Shown here piece after piece: positions 10,427 through 20,044 of a DNA stretch of 64,000 nt. Origin of the DNA: Gemmatimonadota bacterium (GTDB taxonomy: Bacteria; Gemmatimonadota; Gemmatimonadetes; Gemmatimonadales; GWC2-71-9); contig JACQVB010000022.1 in NCBI GenBank assembly GCA_016209985.1, positions 1,664 through 65,663 on the forward strand. The letters are read 5' to 3'. A program made the position numbers and the translations under genes. Positions within the stretch are counted from its first letter, which is position 1, and each line of letters opens with the position of its first letter. The notes below the pieces were generated by a model. It searched no databases and had not been told where the DNA came from. It saw only the letters and a program-made list of their open reading frames with translations.

Positions 10427-10427
10427 A

Positions 10428-10540
10428 GAGGTCTTGGGGCTTGGGTGTTAAGTCTTGGGTGTCAGGAACATGTTTGCCATGCGGCCCGCGACCATAGTGC
10501 CAAGCGGCGAAGACCTAAGACCCAAGACCCAAGAACCCCT
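10428..10540. repeat. Unit-repeat hairpin (TCTTGGG-type units and complement)
   Basis: Left arm gaggtcttggggcttgggtgttaagtcttgggtg pairs with right arm agacctaagacccaagacccaagaacccct. It starts immediately after the RR stop codon. Confidence 0.7.
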
Positions 10541-10661
10541 CATCCTCATTTCTGTAGGTCTCCCACCGACACATTTTCACCCACACTGAGGACGCGGCAC
10601 GGCTGCCACAGCCTATGTCCCGGCCTCGTTCCCGCCCGCTAGGTTTGCCCCCAGCCTGAAG

Positions 10662-11171
10662 ATGCTCGACCAATCTCTTTTCCCGGGATCCAGCGCCGTG
10701 GTTGCCAACCGCCCACAGCCCCACCACCCGACCGATGGGACCGCGGAGTCCGCCGAATCCTGGGCCGAGCTGCTGGTGGTCGTCGTGGAGGATTCCACCA
10801 TCGTTCGCGAGCGGCTCATTCGCCTGCTGACCGCGGTCGACAACGTCAAAGTGGTCGCCGAGGCCGCCACCGCGGAGGTGGCGATTCAGAAGATCGCCGA
10901 GCTTCAACCGCACCTGGTCACCCTCGATCTGCGGCTGGAGGGGGGGACCGGCTTCGACGTTCTGCGCGCGCTGGAACGGATGGATCGCAAGCCGTGCGTC
11001 GCGGTGCTCACCAACTACGGTGATGCGCAGTCCCGGCGCGAGTGTCTGGCCCTGGGGGCCGACTTCTTCTTCGACAAGTCGCTCGAGCTGGGGGATTTGA
11101 AGACTGTGCTCACTCACCTCGCCGCATCTGCTCGCGCCGGCGTCCGCTGGCAGGATCGCAAGACCGACTAG
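10662..11171 (+). CDS. Single-domain response regulator (receiver only)
   Basis: LLVVVVEDS...LVTLDLRLEGGTGFDVL...FFFDKS receiver pattern. Start uncertain. Confidence 0.75.
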   Translation: MLDQSLFPGSSAVVANRPQPHHPTDGTAESAESWAELLVVVVEDSTIVRERLIRLLTAVDNVKVVAEAATAEVAIQKIAELQPHLVTLDLRLEGGTGFDVLRALERMDRKPCVAVLTNYGDAQSRRECLALGADFFFDKSLELGDLKTVLTHLAASARAGVRWQDRKTD

Positions 11172-11262
11172 TGCCGATCGGGAAGGCCCCTGTCCTTCCT
11201 CGCTGATCGGTGCATAATTCCCGCATCCCGGTCCAATCGATTCCCGTTCGCTTTGGACGCAC

Positions 11263-14200
11263 GTGACCAGACGACCGCGCCGCCCCAAGCGGAAACCCGC
11301 ACGCCATGCTTCGGTCGGTCCCGATCTCCAGCGCACGCTGGCGAGCATCGGGGCCGGGCCTATCACGCTGATCGACGCCACCGGCATGATCCTCTACACC
11401 AGCCCGGCCGTTCTGCGGCTCCTCGGCTACGAGCCCGCCGAACGTGAAGGGCAATCGGTGATGGAGATCATCCATCCGGATGACCGGGACCGGGCGCAGC
11501 ATGCTTTCGCGGATCTGGCCGGCCAGCCGGGCATGGGGATGACGGCCGACGTTCGCTGCCGCCGGAAAGACGGCACCTACCGGACGCTCGAGGTGGTCGC
11601 GCTCAATCGCCTGGCCGACCCCGAAATCCAGGCGATCGTGACTACCTACCGCGACGTCACCGAGCGGCGCCAGCTCGAGCAGCGGGTCAGGGCGTCCGAA
11701 GAGCGCTATCGGCTGCTGTTCAATGAAAACCCGATGCCGGGATGGGTGGTGGACCGGCAGACGCTTGCGTTCCTCGCGGTCAACCAGGCTGCCATCGAGA
11801 AATACGGCTACACGGAAGAGGAATTCCTCTCCATGACCGTAGCCGACATCCGGCCGTCCGCCGAGGTGATTCGCCCCGATGCCAACGTCGCTCCCGTCTC
11901 TCCTACCAGCGCGCCGCCCGGATTCAATCTCGTTCCCGGCGTTCGACGTCATCGAACGAAGGACGGCCAGTGGATCGACGTGGAGGTCTTCCAGCGCCCC
12001 ATCTCGTTCGACGACCACCCTGCATTACTGGTGCTGGTCAACGACATCACCGAGAGGCGGCGCGCCCAGGCAACGCTCGCCGAGCGCGAGATGCTGCTGG
12101 AAGCGATCGTGGAGGCCTCGCCGGAATGTCTCAAGGTGGTCGCCTCGGACGGAACGGTGTTGCAGATGAATCGGGCCGGTCTCGCGATGCTCGACGCCAC
12201 CTGCATGGAGGAATTGCCCCGGTCCATCATCGAGTTGGTGGCGCCGGAGCACCGGCCGGGCTTCCAGGCCATGGCCGCGCGGGTATTCGCGGGTCAGTCC
12301 GCGCAGCTCGAGTTCGAGGTCATCGGTCTCAAGGGCTCGCGCCGCTGGGTGGAAAGCCACGCCATGCGGCTGGAGTATCCCGGCCGGGGCGACCCGGTGA
12401 TGGTGGCGGTTACCCGCGACATCACCAAACGCAAACAGGCGGAAGACGCCTTGCGGGAGAGCGAGAAGCTCTACCGGACCCTGTTCGAAAGCGCGCCGCT
12501 GGGGCTGGGGATCGCCGACACCGACGGCACCCTGCTCGCCTTCAACGATGCGATCCGCGCCCCGGGCGGGTACTCGGAAGCCGATATCCGCGCCATCGGG
12601 AACGTCGCGCGTCTCTATGCCGATTCTGCCGAACGCGATCGCCTGCTGGCCAAGTCGCGCGCCGAAGGCCGGTTGCACCGTGAGCCGGTGCAGTTTCTCC
12701 GCCAGGACGGCAGCAAGTACGATGCCCTGATGAGCCTCGAGCCGGTTCAAATCGGCGGCCGCCACGGTTGGTTGGCCGTGGTCGAAGACGTGAGCCAGCA
12801 GAAGCGGGCCGAGGCGGCGGAGCTGCAGGCGGAAGAACGCTATCTGACGTTCTTCGCCCATTCCGATGAAGCATTCTGGCGGATCGAGTTTCGCGAGCCG
12901 TGTCCCATCACGTTGCCGGAAGAGGAGCAGATCGAGCACTTCTACCGGCATGCGTACCTGGCTGAAGGCAACGATGCCATGGCCCGGATGTACGGCTATG
13001 CCTCTTCCGCGGAGATGGTCGGGAGAGGTTTCGAAGAGGTGCTGCGGCGGGATGACCTTGCCAGCCTTGCCGCGTTGCGGGACTTGATCCGTTCCGGCTA
13101 CCAGCAGACCAACGTGGAAGTTCGCGAGCGCGACCGGATGGGCGCGGCCAAGATCTTTTCCCGGAGTCTGGTGGGGATCGTCCAGAAAAACGCACTGCAG
13201 CGAATCTGGGGAACGCAGCAGGACATCACCGAACACCGGCGAATGGAGGACCAGCTCCGCCAGGCACAGAAGATGGAAGCGATCGGGCAACTAGCCGGCG
13301 GAGTGGCGCACGACTTCAACAACCTGCTCACCGCCATGCTCGGGTCGGCCGAAATGCTGCTGGCCGGCCTGGGCCCCGCCGATCCGCGGCTGGAAGACGC
13401 CAGCGACATCAAGCAGGCGGCGTCGCGCGCGGCCGCGCTGACCCGACAGCTCCTCGCCTTCGGCCGGCGGCAAGTGCTGAAGCCGCAGGTGCTCGACTTG
13501 AACCGGGTAGTATCCGACATGCAGCGGCTGCTGCGGCGCTTGATCCCGGAAGACATCGAGCTGGTGACCCGCCGCGCCGAGGATCTGTGGTTGGTGTTGA
13601 TGGATCGGAGCCAGCTAGAGCAGGTCCTGGTGAACCTGGTCGTGAACGCCCGCGATGCCATGCCGGACGGTGGCGTGATCATGATCGAGACCGGGAACCT
13701 GGACCTCGATGCGTCCTTCGCCACGCGAAATCCCGGTGCCGCCGCCGGTCCCCATGTCAGCCTCACGGTCCGCGACACGGGCCACGGAATGGATGCGGAG
13801 ACGCGAGCGCACATCTTCGAGCCGTTCTTCACCACCAAGGAAGTCGGCAAAGGCACCGGGCTGGGCCTCGCGACGGTCTATGGAATCGTGAAGCAGAGCG
13901 GGGGCTACATCACGGTACAGAGCGAGCTCCGGGTGGGGACTTCGTTTCAGATTTACCTTCCGCGCTGCCCCGAAGGCGTGATACCGGCCGAGCCCGCCGC
14001 TACCGGCGTGGCGGAAGCGGAAACGACCGAGCCGGTCGCGGACCTCCGGGGAGGCACCGAAACGATTCTCATCGCCGAAGACGAAGAGCGGATTCGCATC
14101 TCGGCCAAGCGGATCCTGGAGTACTACGGATATCGGGTACTGCTCGTCCCCGACGGGCAGGCCGCGCTGGAGCTCCTGGACCAGACCCCGGTCGACCTGG

Positions 14201-14421
14201 TGGTGTCCGACGTGGTCATGCCTCGCATGAACGGTCCCCAGCTCTACCAGGCCGTCCGCGAGCGAGGCAGTGCGGTCAGGTTTCTCTTCACCAGCGGCTA
14301 CGTCGGACGCGAGGGCCGCAGCGACGTGAAGATCGATCCCACCGTGCCGTTTCTGCCGAAGCCCTGGACGGTGAACGAGCTGGTGACGACGGTGAGAAGG
14401 ATACTGGACGTGAAGACATAA
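11263..14421 (+). CDS. Multi-PAS hybrid histidine kinase with C-terminal receiver
   Basis: Repeated PAS blocks (DITERR/DITKRK boundaries), H-box VAHDFNNLL, HATPase ([17 protein letters not shown]) and a receiver ([18 protein letters not shown]). Confidence 0.85.
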   Translation: MTRRPRRPKRKPARHASVGPDLQRTLASIGAGPITLIDATGMILYTSPAVLRLLGYEPAEREGQSVMEIIHPDDRDRAQHAFADLAGQPGMGMTADVRCRRKDGTYRTLEVVALNRLADPEIQAIVTTYRDVTERRQLEQRVRASEERYRLLFNENPMPGWVVDRQTLAFLAVNQAAIEKYGYTEEEFLSMTVADIRPSAEVIRPDANVAPVSPTSAPPGFNLVPGVRRHRTKDGQWIDVEVFQRPISFDDHPALLVLVNDITERRRAQATLAEREMLLEAIVEASPECLKVVASDGTVLQMNRAGLAMLDATCMEELPRSIIELVAPEHRPGFQAMAARVFAGQSAQLEFEVIGLKGSRRWVESHAMRLEYPGRGDPVMVAVTRDITKRKQAEDALRESEKLYRTLFESAPLGLGIADTDGTLLAFNDAIRAPGGYSEADIRAIGNVARLYADSAERDRLLAKSRAEGRLHREPVQFLRQDGSKYDALMSLEPVQIGGRHGWLAVVEDVSQQKRAEAAELQAEERYLTFFAHSDEAFWRIEFREPCPITLPEEEQIEHFYRHAYLAEGNDAMARMYGYASSAEMVGRGFEEVLRRDDLASLAALRDLIRSGYQQTNVEVRERDRMGAAKIFSRSLVGIVQKNALQRIWGTQQDITEHRRMEDQLRQAQKMEAIGQLAGGVAHDFNNLLTAMLGSAEMLLAGLGPADPRLEDASDIKQAASRAAALTRQLLAFGRRQVLKPQVLDLNRVVSDMQRLLRRLIPEDIELVTRRAEDLWLVLMDRSQLEQVLVNLVVNARDAMPDGGVIMIETGNLDLDASFATRNPGAAAGPHVSLTVRDTGHGMDAETRAHIFEPFFTTKEVGKGTGLGLATVYGIVKQSGGYITVQSELRVGTSFQIYLPRCPEGVIPAEPAATGVAEAETTEPVADLRGGTETILIAEDEERIRISAKRILEYYGYRVLLVPDGQAALELLDQTPVDLVVSDVVMPRMNGPQLYQAVRERGSAVRFLFTSGYVGREGRSDVKIDPTVPFLPKPWTVNELVTTVRRILDVKT

Positions 14422-14427
14422 GCGGAA

Positions 14428-14486
14428 CGTGGTGCGTGGTGCGTGGACTTGCATCGTCCGCCCCCACGCACCACTCACCACTCACC
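14428..14486. repeat. Unit-repeat hairpin (GTGCGTG/GTGAGTG units) between convergent genes
   Basis: acgtggtgcgtggtgcgtgg ... ccacgcaccactcaccactcacc. It lies directly after the kinase stop and before the thioesterase stop. Confidence 0.7.
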
Positions 14487-14488
14487 TT

Positions 14489-14950
14489 CTATACCACCGC
14501 CTCTTTTGCCTCGCCTCCCCGGTCCGTCCCGGCGACGGCCACGATTCCGTCGCAACGCGCGCAGATCACCCCCCGCTCGTCCACCAGCTCCGCGGTCGAG
14601 AAGACCAGGTTGGTGCCGGCGCGAACCGCGCGGGCGAGGGTCTCGAAACGGTCGCCCAGGACCGGGCGGAGGAACTGAATCGATAGCTGTGCGACCCCAG
14701 CCCGCCGGCCACGGGTGTGCACGTATCCGGAGAGGCCGATCACCAGGTCGAACACTCCCGCGATGGTGGCACCGTTCACCGCCTCGGTTCCCAGGCCGCC
14801 CCGGTGATGGGGGCGGATGGGATCGACCACGCAGCGCACCACTCCCGCCGTGCGGAGATCCACCTTCACCCCCATGTGATGCATGCCGGGGTGATCGTTC
14901 CATCGGTGCTCGAAGTCGGCGATTTCGGCGGGGGAGAGCCACTCGGCCAT
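14489..14950 (-). CDS. PaaI/hotdog-fold thioesterase family protein
   Basis: ~150 aa. HMGVKV..., GGLGTEAVNGATIAGVFDL and a C-terminal ...CARCDG pattern are typical of PaaI-like thioesterases. ATG at 14950 is preferred over TTG at 14977. Confidence 0.7.
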   Translation of the reverse strand: MAEWLSPAEIADFEHRWNDHPGMHHMGVKVDLRTAGVVRCVVDPIRPHHRGGLGTEAVNGATIAGVFDLVIGLSGYVHTRGRRAGVAQLSIQFLRPVLGDRFETLARAVRAGTNLVFSTAELVDERGVICARCDGIVAVAGTDRGGEAKEAVV

Positions 14951-14979
14951 CAGAGCTCCATTGTTCGATGAGAGCAATG

Positions 14980-15088
14980 AAAAGCGTGAAGAGTGAAGCG
15001 TGCAGAGTGAAGAGTAAAACGGCGCCGCCCCGATTGCTAACGGGTCTGCCTTACCCTTCCCTCTTCACTCTCAACTCTTCACGCTTTT
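14980..15088. repeat. Unit-repeat hairpin (GTGAAGA units) in a divergent intergenic region
   Basis: aaaagcgtgaagagtgaagcgtgcagagtgaagagta ... tacccttccctcttcactctcaactcttcacgctttt. The outer 15 nt are perfectly complementary. Confidence 0.7.
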
Positions 15089-15104
15089 GTGGTAATCTGA
15101 ATGC

Positions 15105-16367
15105 ATGGCTCCAAAGGTCATCGTTATTGGTGCCGGCTTCGGCGGCCTGCAGTGCGCCAAGAAGCTCGCCCAGAAGCCGGTCGATGTGCTGGTGATCGAC
15201 CGGAACAACTACCATCTGTTTACCCCGCTGCTGTATCAGGTCGCGAGCTCCCTGCTGGACCCGAGCGACATCGCCTACCCCGTCCGCGCCGCGTTTCGTC
15301 GCGCGCGCAACGTGCGTTTCCGGGTGGGCGAAGTGACCGGCATCGACTTCGCCCACCAAGAGGTGCGGACGGCCGACGGAGATGCTCTTCCTTACGACTA
15401 TCTGGTGATCGCGGCGGGCAGCACCGACAATTTTTTCGGCCTTACGTCCGTCGAGAATGTCGCGCTCGGCCTCAAGGATCTGCCGCACGCCGTCACCCTC
15501 AGGACCCACGTGATCCGCGCGTTTGAAACCGCCGCCCGGGAGATCGATCCCGCGGCCCGGGCAGCATGGCTGACGTTCGTGGTCGTCGGTGCGGGACCGA
15601 CCGGCGTGGAATACGCCGGTGCGCTGAGCGAGCTGATTCATCGGGTGCTGGCGCGCGACTACCCCGAGCTCGATCTCTCCGCGGTGCGCATCATCCTGAT
15701 CGAAGCCCAGCATCAGGTGCTTCCCGCCTTCCCGCCCCACCTCGGCCTGGATGCGCGGCGCCGGCTCGAGAAGATGGGGGTGGACGTCCGCCTCGGAGTT
15801 CGGGTACTGGATGCCACGGAGCGCGGCGTGCGCCTCTCCAGCGGAGAAGAGGTCGGGTGCCGGACGCTGGTGTGGGCCGCCGGAGTCAAGCCGGAAACCG
15901 TGGCACCGGGGGGCGTCCTGCCCCGGACGCGCTCGGGCCGGATGGCGGTGGACCAGACACTCCGCGTTCCCGGCCATCCCAACGTGTTCGCGATCGGTGA
16001 TATCGCGGGCGTGGTCCAGGATGGGCGCGAGCTCGCGATGATGTCGCCCCAGGCGATGCAAGAGGGGCGCTACGTCGCGCGTGCCATCGTGAAGCTCACG
16101 CGAGGCAAGCCCGTAGCGGCATTCCGGTATCGCGACAAGGGCATCATGGCCACCATCGGCCGCCATGCCGCGGTGGCGCAGGTGGGGAAGCTCTCCTTCA
16201 GGGGCCCGATCGGGTGGCTGGTATGGCTGGTGCTTCACCTCTACTACATCACGGGATTCCGCAACCGCTTGGTCGTCTTTTGGAGCTGGATGTGGAATTA
16301 CATCTTCTACGACCGGCCGATACGGCTGCTGACTGGAAGCACGGATCACACGGATACACGCGAGTGA
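15105..16367 (+). CDS. ndh: Type II NADH dehydrogenase (NDH-2)
   Basis: VIVIGAGFGGL and VVVGAGPTGVE dinucleotide folds, and AIGDIA, over ~420 aa. Confidence 0.85.
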   Translation: MAPKVIVIGAGFGGLQCAKKLAQKPVDVLVIDRNNYHLFTPLLYQVASSLLDPSDIAYPVRAAFRRARNVRFRVGEVTGIDFAHQEVRTADGDALPYDYLVIAAGSTDNFFGLTSVENVALGLKDLPHAVTLRTHVIRAFETAAREIDPAARAAWLTFVVVGAGPTGVEYAGALSELIHRVLARDYPELDLSAVRIILIEAQHQVLPAFPPHLGLDARRRLEKMGVDVRLGVRVLDATERGVRLSSGEEVGCRTLVWAAGVKPETVAPGGVLPRTRSGRMAVDQTLRVPGHPNVFAIGDIAGVVQDGRELAMMSPQAMQEGRYVARAIVKLTRGKPVAAFRYRDKGIMATIGRHAAVAQVGKLSFRGPIGWLVWLVLHLYYITGFRNRLVVFWSWMWNYIFYDRPIRLLTGSTDHTDTRE

Positions 16368-16378
16368 ACACGGATGCC
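16341..16378. repeat. Short tandem CACGGAT-type units overlapping the ndh 3' end
   Basis: gcacggatcacacggatacacgcgagtgaacacggat. It encodes the C-terminal ..TDHTDTRE. Confidence 0.4.
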
Positions 16379-16495
16379 TAGCACTAGTTCGTGCGGCCCT
16401 GGACGACCGCGCAATAGGCGCCCCGTGCCCTCGGCCTGCCCAGCCCAAGCCATGCGAAAAACTTACGCCTTGCAAGAAATCTGGTCCCACCGGCC

Positions 16496-19336
16496 TCAAC
16501 GGCCGCCGCCACCGGATCGGTCAACCAACGCTTCAGCGCACGGCGATTCAGCGCCACCCATTCCTCCGTTCTCGGGATGTCGGCCGCCAGGCGACCCGCG
16601 CTGACGAGTGCGTCGCCTCGCCGAGGGGTCCACGCCGAAGAATGCCTCGCGTGGGTTGTCGCAGGCGCCGGCGATGATCGCCGCGATCAGTTGCCAGCGC
16701 TCGGCGGGGGCAAGGGTCGTGTCACCCACGAAGCGCAGTCCCGTCGGCGATACCGGATCGGACATCAGGAAACGATCCCGGCGCCAGGAATTCGCCATTC
16801 GGTCACGAAGTTCCCGGGCGGTGCTCGCGAGATCGCTCGCTTCCACGATGAGATTCGCGTCATCCGTCAGTCGCCCGATATGGTCGATGTCGGGGCTTGC
16901 GGACTCGATGATTTCGATGCCGACGAGGCTTTGACCGACGAGCGGGGTGCGCAAGAAGTACCTGCCGGCGGCCAGATTCTCGCGCAATCGCAGCAAGGCA
17001 GTCGCTTTGTCTCCCCGTGCCAGCGCCTGCGCGGCGGCGGCCTGGTTCCGAGTGGCGAGTCCCTGCGCGCCCGCCAGGTAGTTCGCCGAGCTGGGATGGT
17101 TCTGCGCCCGTGGTAAGACCCAGGGATTGGATATGCCGGGAAACCCCGAGCGATATTGCCAGAGGACGGGGGGCGGTGCTGCCGCGAATCGTCGCCACAA
17201 TCTCAGCTGTAAACCGTCATCCATCGCCTCGCCCACGCCGCTGGTGTCGACGTCCCAGGCGGCAGGAAGAGAGTCGTTCCGCGTCCAGACGACGGTCAGG
17301 AGTCGGGCGGCGTCGAGATCCGGCCGCGCCGCCAACGGCAGGTGCGAAGCGGCGGACAGCAGCGAGTCAACCGCCTGCCAGCCGCGGGGACGCAGGCTGT
17401 CGACCGTTCGTGCCACGATCCAGGCCGACGCGCCCTTTCTCTCGTTCGCGGCGATGACTACTTCGAGCAACATCCCCGCTGCCAGGAGGGCCAAAGTGAA
17501 AACTGTCGCGCAGACCGCGATGGTGGGGATGATCCAGAGCACCGGTCGCGGAACCAGCCGAGGCTTGGTGACGGCCCGGCGCCCGACCAAGTCGAGCCAG
17601 CCCGTCACGAGTTCACTCTTGACGGCCGGGAGAGACTTCGCCTCGAAGAGGGATTCGCCTCGCCGGCCACGGCGACGAACTCTTGCTTCCGGGCGCGCGC
17701 AGGCGAGGATCGCGATCATGCCGACCAGCGCCGGTACTACCAGGCTCAGGACTTCGACAGTTGACACGAACGTGGTGCTGCCTCCTCCCGGGCCGCCGAG
17801 CCACTGCGCTGCCCGAAACCACAACCACGGGGCGGCGAGTGCGAAGGAGACGGTGCCCAGCGCGAACGCGGCGCGCAGATGACGGAGCCGGAGCAATTGC
17901 TGGCGCTCCCCGTCGCTTACCAGCGCGTATACTCCGGTGCGGTTCAGCAAGGCGCCCGTATCGGGGTGGCTGTCCAGGGCCACGTCGAGCAGCACCGGCC
18001 ATGGATAGCCGGACCGTCGGGCCCAATGCAGCCGGCTCGCCAACCGCCAGGCACGAAATGCCACGATGACCACTAGGACCAGGGCCACATCCACGATCAC
18101 CATGACGATGATGGCCCAGACATATACGGTATCCGTGTCGTCGGTCCGTACCGGAAGGGTCGCGTCGATGGCCGCCTTGAAGCCCTTCCAGATACCGGAG
18201 CCTTCCGGCTGGTTCCAGCAGCACAGCATGCTGGTGGTAGGCTGAACCAGAAGGTGAACGAACAGCACTAGTCCGAGAGCGGCGAGGAGTCCCAACGTCC
18301 GGAGGAGCCGCGCACCCAGGCCACGGAGCCGCTCCAGCCCGGGCGGGGGCCATTCAATGATCGTCCCGCCCGCCGGCAGGAGTGCGCGGGCGACATCGGC
18401 GGCGCTGGGACGCTGGAGCGGGTCCTTGGCCAGGCAGCGGTTGACCAGGTCCGCCAATTGCGGGTCCAGATCACCCCGCAGCGAGTGAAGGTCAGGCGGC
18501 GCCTCCTTCATGTGCGCCGCGATCAGACCCATGGCGCTGGATTCGATGAAGGGAGGCCTTCCGGTGGCGAGCTCGAACGCCACCACACCCAGACTGTAGA
18601 CATCGCTCCGGTCGGTGACCGCATCGCCCGCGGCCTGCTCCGGACTCATGTACATCGGCGTTCCGATGGAGGTGCCGGTGGCGGTGAGCTTCTCCTCGCC
18701 ACGCACTTTACGCTTCTCGAGCACCGCACTGATCCCAAAGTCGAGCACCACGGCTCGACCACTCTCCTGATCGAGCATGATGTTGCCGGGCTTGATGTCA
18801 CGGTGGACCAGACCGTGAGCGTGCGCGGTCGCGAGCGCGGACGCCACCTCACCGACGATGCGCCGGACGCGCGGCTCGGGGAGAGCCTCGCCCTCGTGTA
18901 GCACACCCTGCAGGGTGGGACCTTCGACGAACTGCATCACCAGATAGGGAACGCCGGACGGTGCCAACTCGCCCACCTGGTAGACGCTCACGACGTGCGG
19001 ATGCGAGACCGCCGCGGCGGCTTCGGCTTCACGGGTGAACCGTGCCCGCGCGACCGGATCCTGCGCCAACGCATGCGTCAGCACCTTGATCGCCACCGAG
19101 CGCTTGAGGGCCGGGTCTCGCCCGAGATAGACCGACCCCATGCCGCCGGCGCCCAGGGGCCGCAGCACATGGATTCCGGGCGCCAGTGCGGTGCGGAGCT
19201 CGGCCAGTGTTCCGTCACCATCGGGTGGGGGGGCAGTGGGGTCCGCCGCTATCAGCGGCATCCCGCACTGGCGGCAGAAGGTGTCCGTCGGGTCGAGTGG
19301 CGACTCACAGGATGAGCAACGAAGCCCGTCGGTCAT
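16496..19336 (-). CDS. Ser/Thr protein kinase with N-terminal zinc ribbon, TM segments and a long uncharacterised C-terminal region
   Basis: CSSCES..FCRQCG, VAIKVL, HRDIKPGNIML, DFG, SPEQ. Several hydrophobic segments follow, then ~350 aa without recognisable motifs. Confidence 0.85.
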   Translation of the reverse strand: MTDGLRCSSCESPLDPTDTFCRQCGMPLIAADPTAPPPDGDGTLAELRTALAPGIHVLRPLGAGGMGSVYLGRDPALKRSVAIKVLTHALAQDPVARARFTREAEAAAAVSHPHVVSVYQVGELAPSGVPYLVMQFVEGPTLQGVLHEGEALPEPRVRRIVGEVASALATAHAHGLVHRDIKPGNIMLDQESGRAVVLDFGISAVLEKRKVRGEEKLTATGTSIGTPMYMSPEQAAGDAVTDRSDVYSLGVVAFELATGRPPFIESSAMGLIAAHMKEAPPDLHSLRGDLDPQLADLVNRCLAKDPLQRPSAADVARALLPAGGTIIEWPPPGLERLRGLGARLLRTLGLLAALGLVLFVHLLVQPTTSMLCCWNQPEGSGIWKGFKAAIDATLPVRTDDTDTVYVWAIIVMVIVDVALVLVVIVAFRAWRLASRLHWARRSGYPWPVLLDVALDSHPDTGALLNRTGVYALVSDGERQQLLRLRHLRAAFALGTVSFALAAPWLWFRAAQWLGGPGGGSTTFVSTVEVLSLVVPALVGMIAILACARPEARVRRRGRRGESLFEAKSLPAVKSELVTGWLDLVGRRAVTKPRLVPRPVLWIIPTIAVCATVFTLALLAAGMLLEVVIAANERKGASAWIVARTVDSLRPRGWQAVDSLLSAASHLPLAARPDLDAARLLTVVWTRNDSLPAAWDVDTSGVGEAMDDGLQLRLWRRFAAAPPPVLWQYRSGFPGISNPWVLPRAQNHPSSANYLAGAQGLATRNQAAAAQALARGDKATALLRLRENLAAGRYFLRTPLVGQSLVGIEIIESASPDIDHIGRLTDDANLIVEASDLASTARELRDRMANSWRRDRFLMSDPVSPTGLRFVGDTTLAPAERWQLIAAIIAGACDNPREAFFGVDPSARRRTRQRGSPGGRHPENGGMGGAESPCAEALVDRSGGGGR

Positions 19337-19492
19337 CGGTCATCCGAGTTGAGGACGTGACGTGGCGGTCAAGGGACCGCACTAACTTGCGTCGCAGCGG
19401 CAGAGCGGGGGAGTGCGCGGCCTAATCGTCCACCTCCCAGTCCTGATCCTCCTTGTCTTCCCTCCACCGGGCACGGAACGATCTGGTCGACC

Positions 19493-19684
19493 TCAGCCGT
19501 TTGAATAGGTGTTGCCCAACAGCATCTGCACGCCGGCCGCTTTCAGGTCGAACGGCGACAGGGCCTTTACCGTTCCCTGAGTGCCCACGGGCATGAAGGC
19601 GGGCGTCTCCACCACGCCGTGGGGGAGCGTGAGGTGGCCGGCGCGGGCGGCGCCGGACTTTGCATGGAGGGTGAATTCGAACAC
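19493..19684 (-). pseudogene. tgt: 5' remnant (~60 codons) of tRNA-guanine transglycosylase
   Basis: [42 protein letters not shown]...LLGNTY matches the Tgt N-terminus. The frame then diverges and stops, and no remainder of tgt is in the window. Confidence 0.8.
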
Positions 19685-19685
19685 G

Positions 19686-19756
19686 GCCTCACCCCTGTCC
19701 CCTCTCCCCTTCGCTCCGCTCAGGGCGGCGCCTTACGGGAGAGGGGAACCGAGGCC
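19686..19756. repeat. Imperfect hairpin (CCCCTCTCCC / GGGAGAGGGG)
   Basis: ggcctcacccctgtcccctctcccc ... gggagaggggaaccgaggcc, immediately upstream of the tgt remnant. Confidence 0.55.
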
Positions 19757-19904
19757 CATGGCTGGTTGTGCGGGCTGTGGCTGGAATCTTCAAGTGTCAA
19801 GTAATCGACATAGTGTCGCCGTAACTATAGAACCGGTACCATTGAAGACCCACCCCAGATTGGCGCGTGTTCACTGCCGCCGGCATCGTCGTAGAAAGCA
19901 CCCT

Positions 19905-19925
19905 CGGGGCGGGGCACCCGCCCCG
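19905..19925 (-). terminator. Candidate terminator hairpin downstream of the hipA-like gene
   Basis: cggggcggg-gca-cccgccccg gives a 9-bp GC stem. On the minus strand it is followed by a weak T-rich run (tgctttct). Confidence 0.35.
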
Positions 19926-19943
19926 TACGCCCGTCGGCGCACG

Positions 19944-20027
19944 GAGCAGGTGGTCGGTGGGACGGGGACCGAGGGGGTGCGTCATGGGCAAGAAAATGGG
20001 ATTTGGCGGGGGCGGCGTCCAGCGCCG
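19944..20027. repeat. Direct repeat copy A (~85 bp): second copy of the sigma-factor 5' region
   Basis: By-eye alignment to 22438-22520 gives roughly 85% identity. On the minus strand it encodes MTHPLGPRPTDHLL. Confidence 0.7.
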
Positions 20028-20044
20028 CCGATGCTTCAGCCCGC

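Noticed and set aside
16368-16495. Possible small RNA or tRNA genes in the intergenic gaps at 16368-16495, 19337-19492 and 28550-28726.
   Set aside because: No tRNA-like T-loop or anticodon-arm pattern, no recognisable riboswitch or RNase P/SRP/tmRNA core sequence, and no convincing conserved structure could be seen by eye. This cannot be excluded without covariance-model searches.
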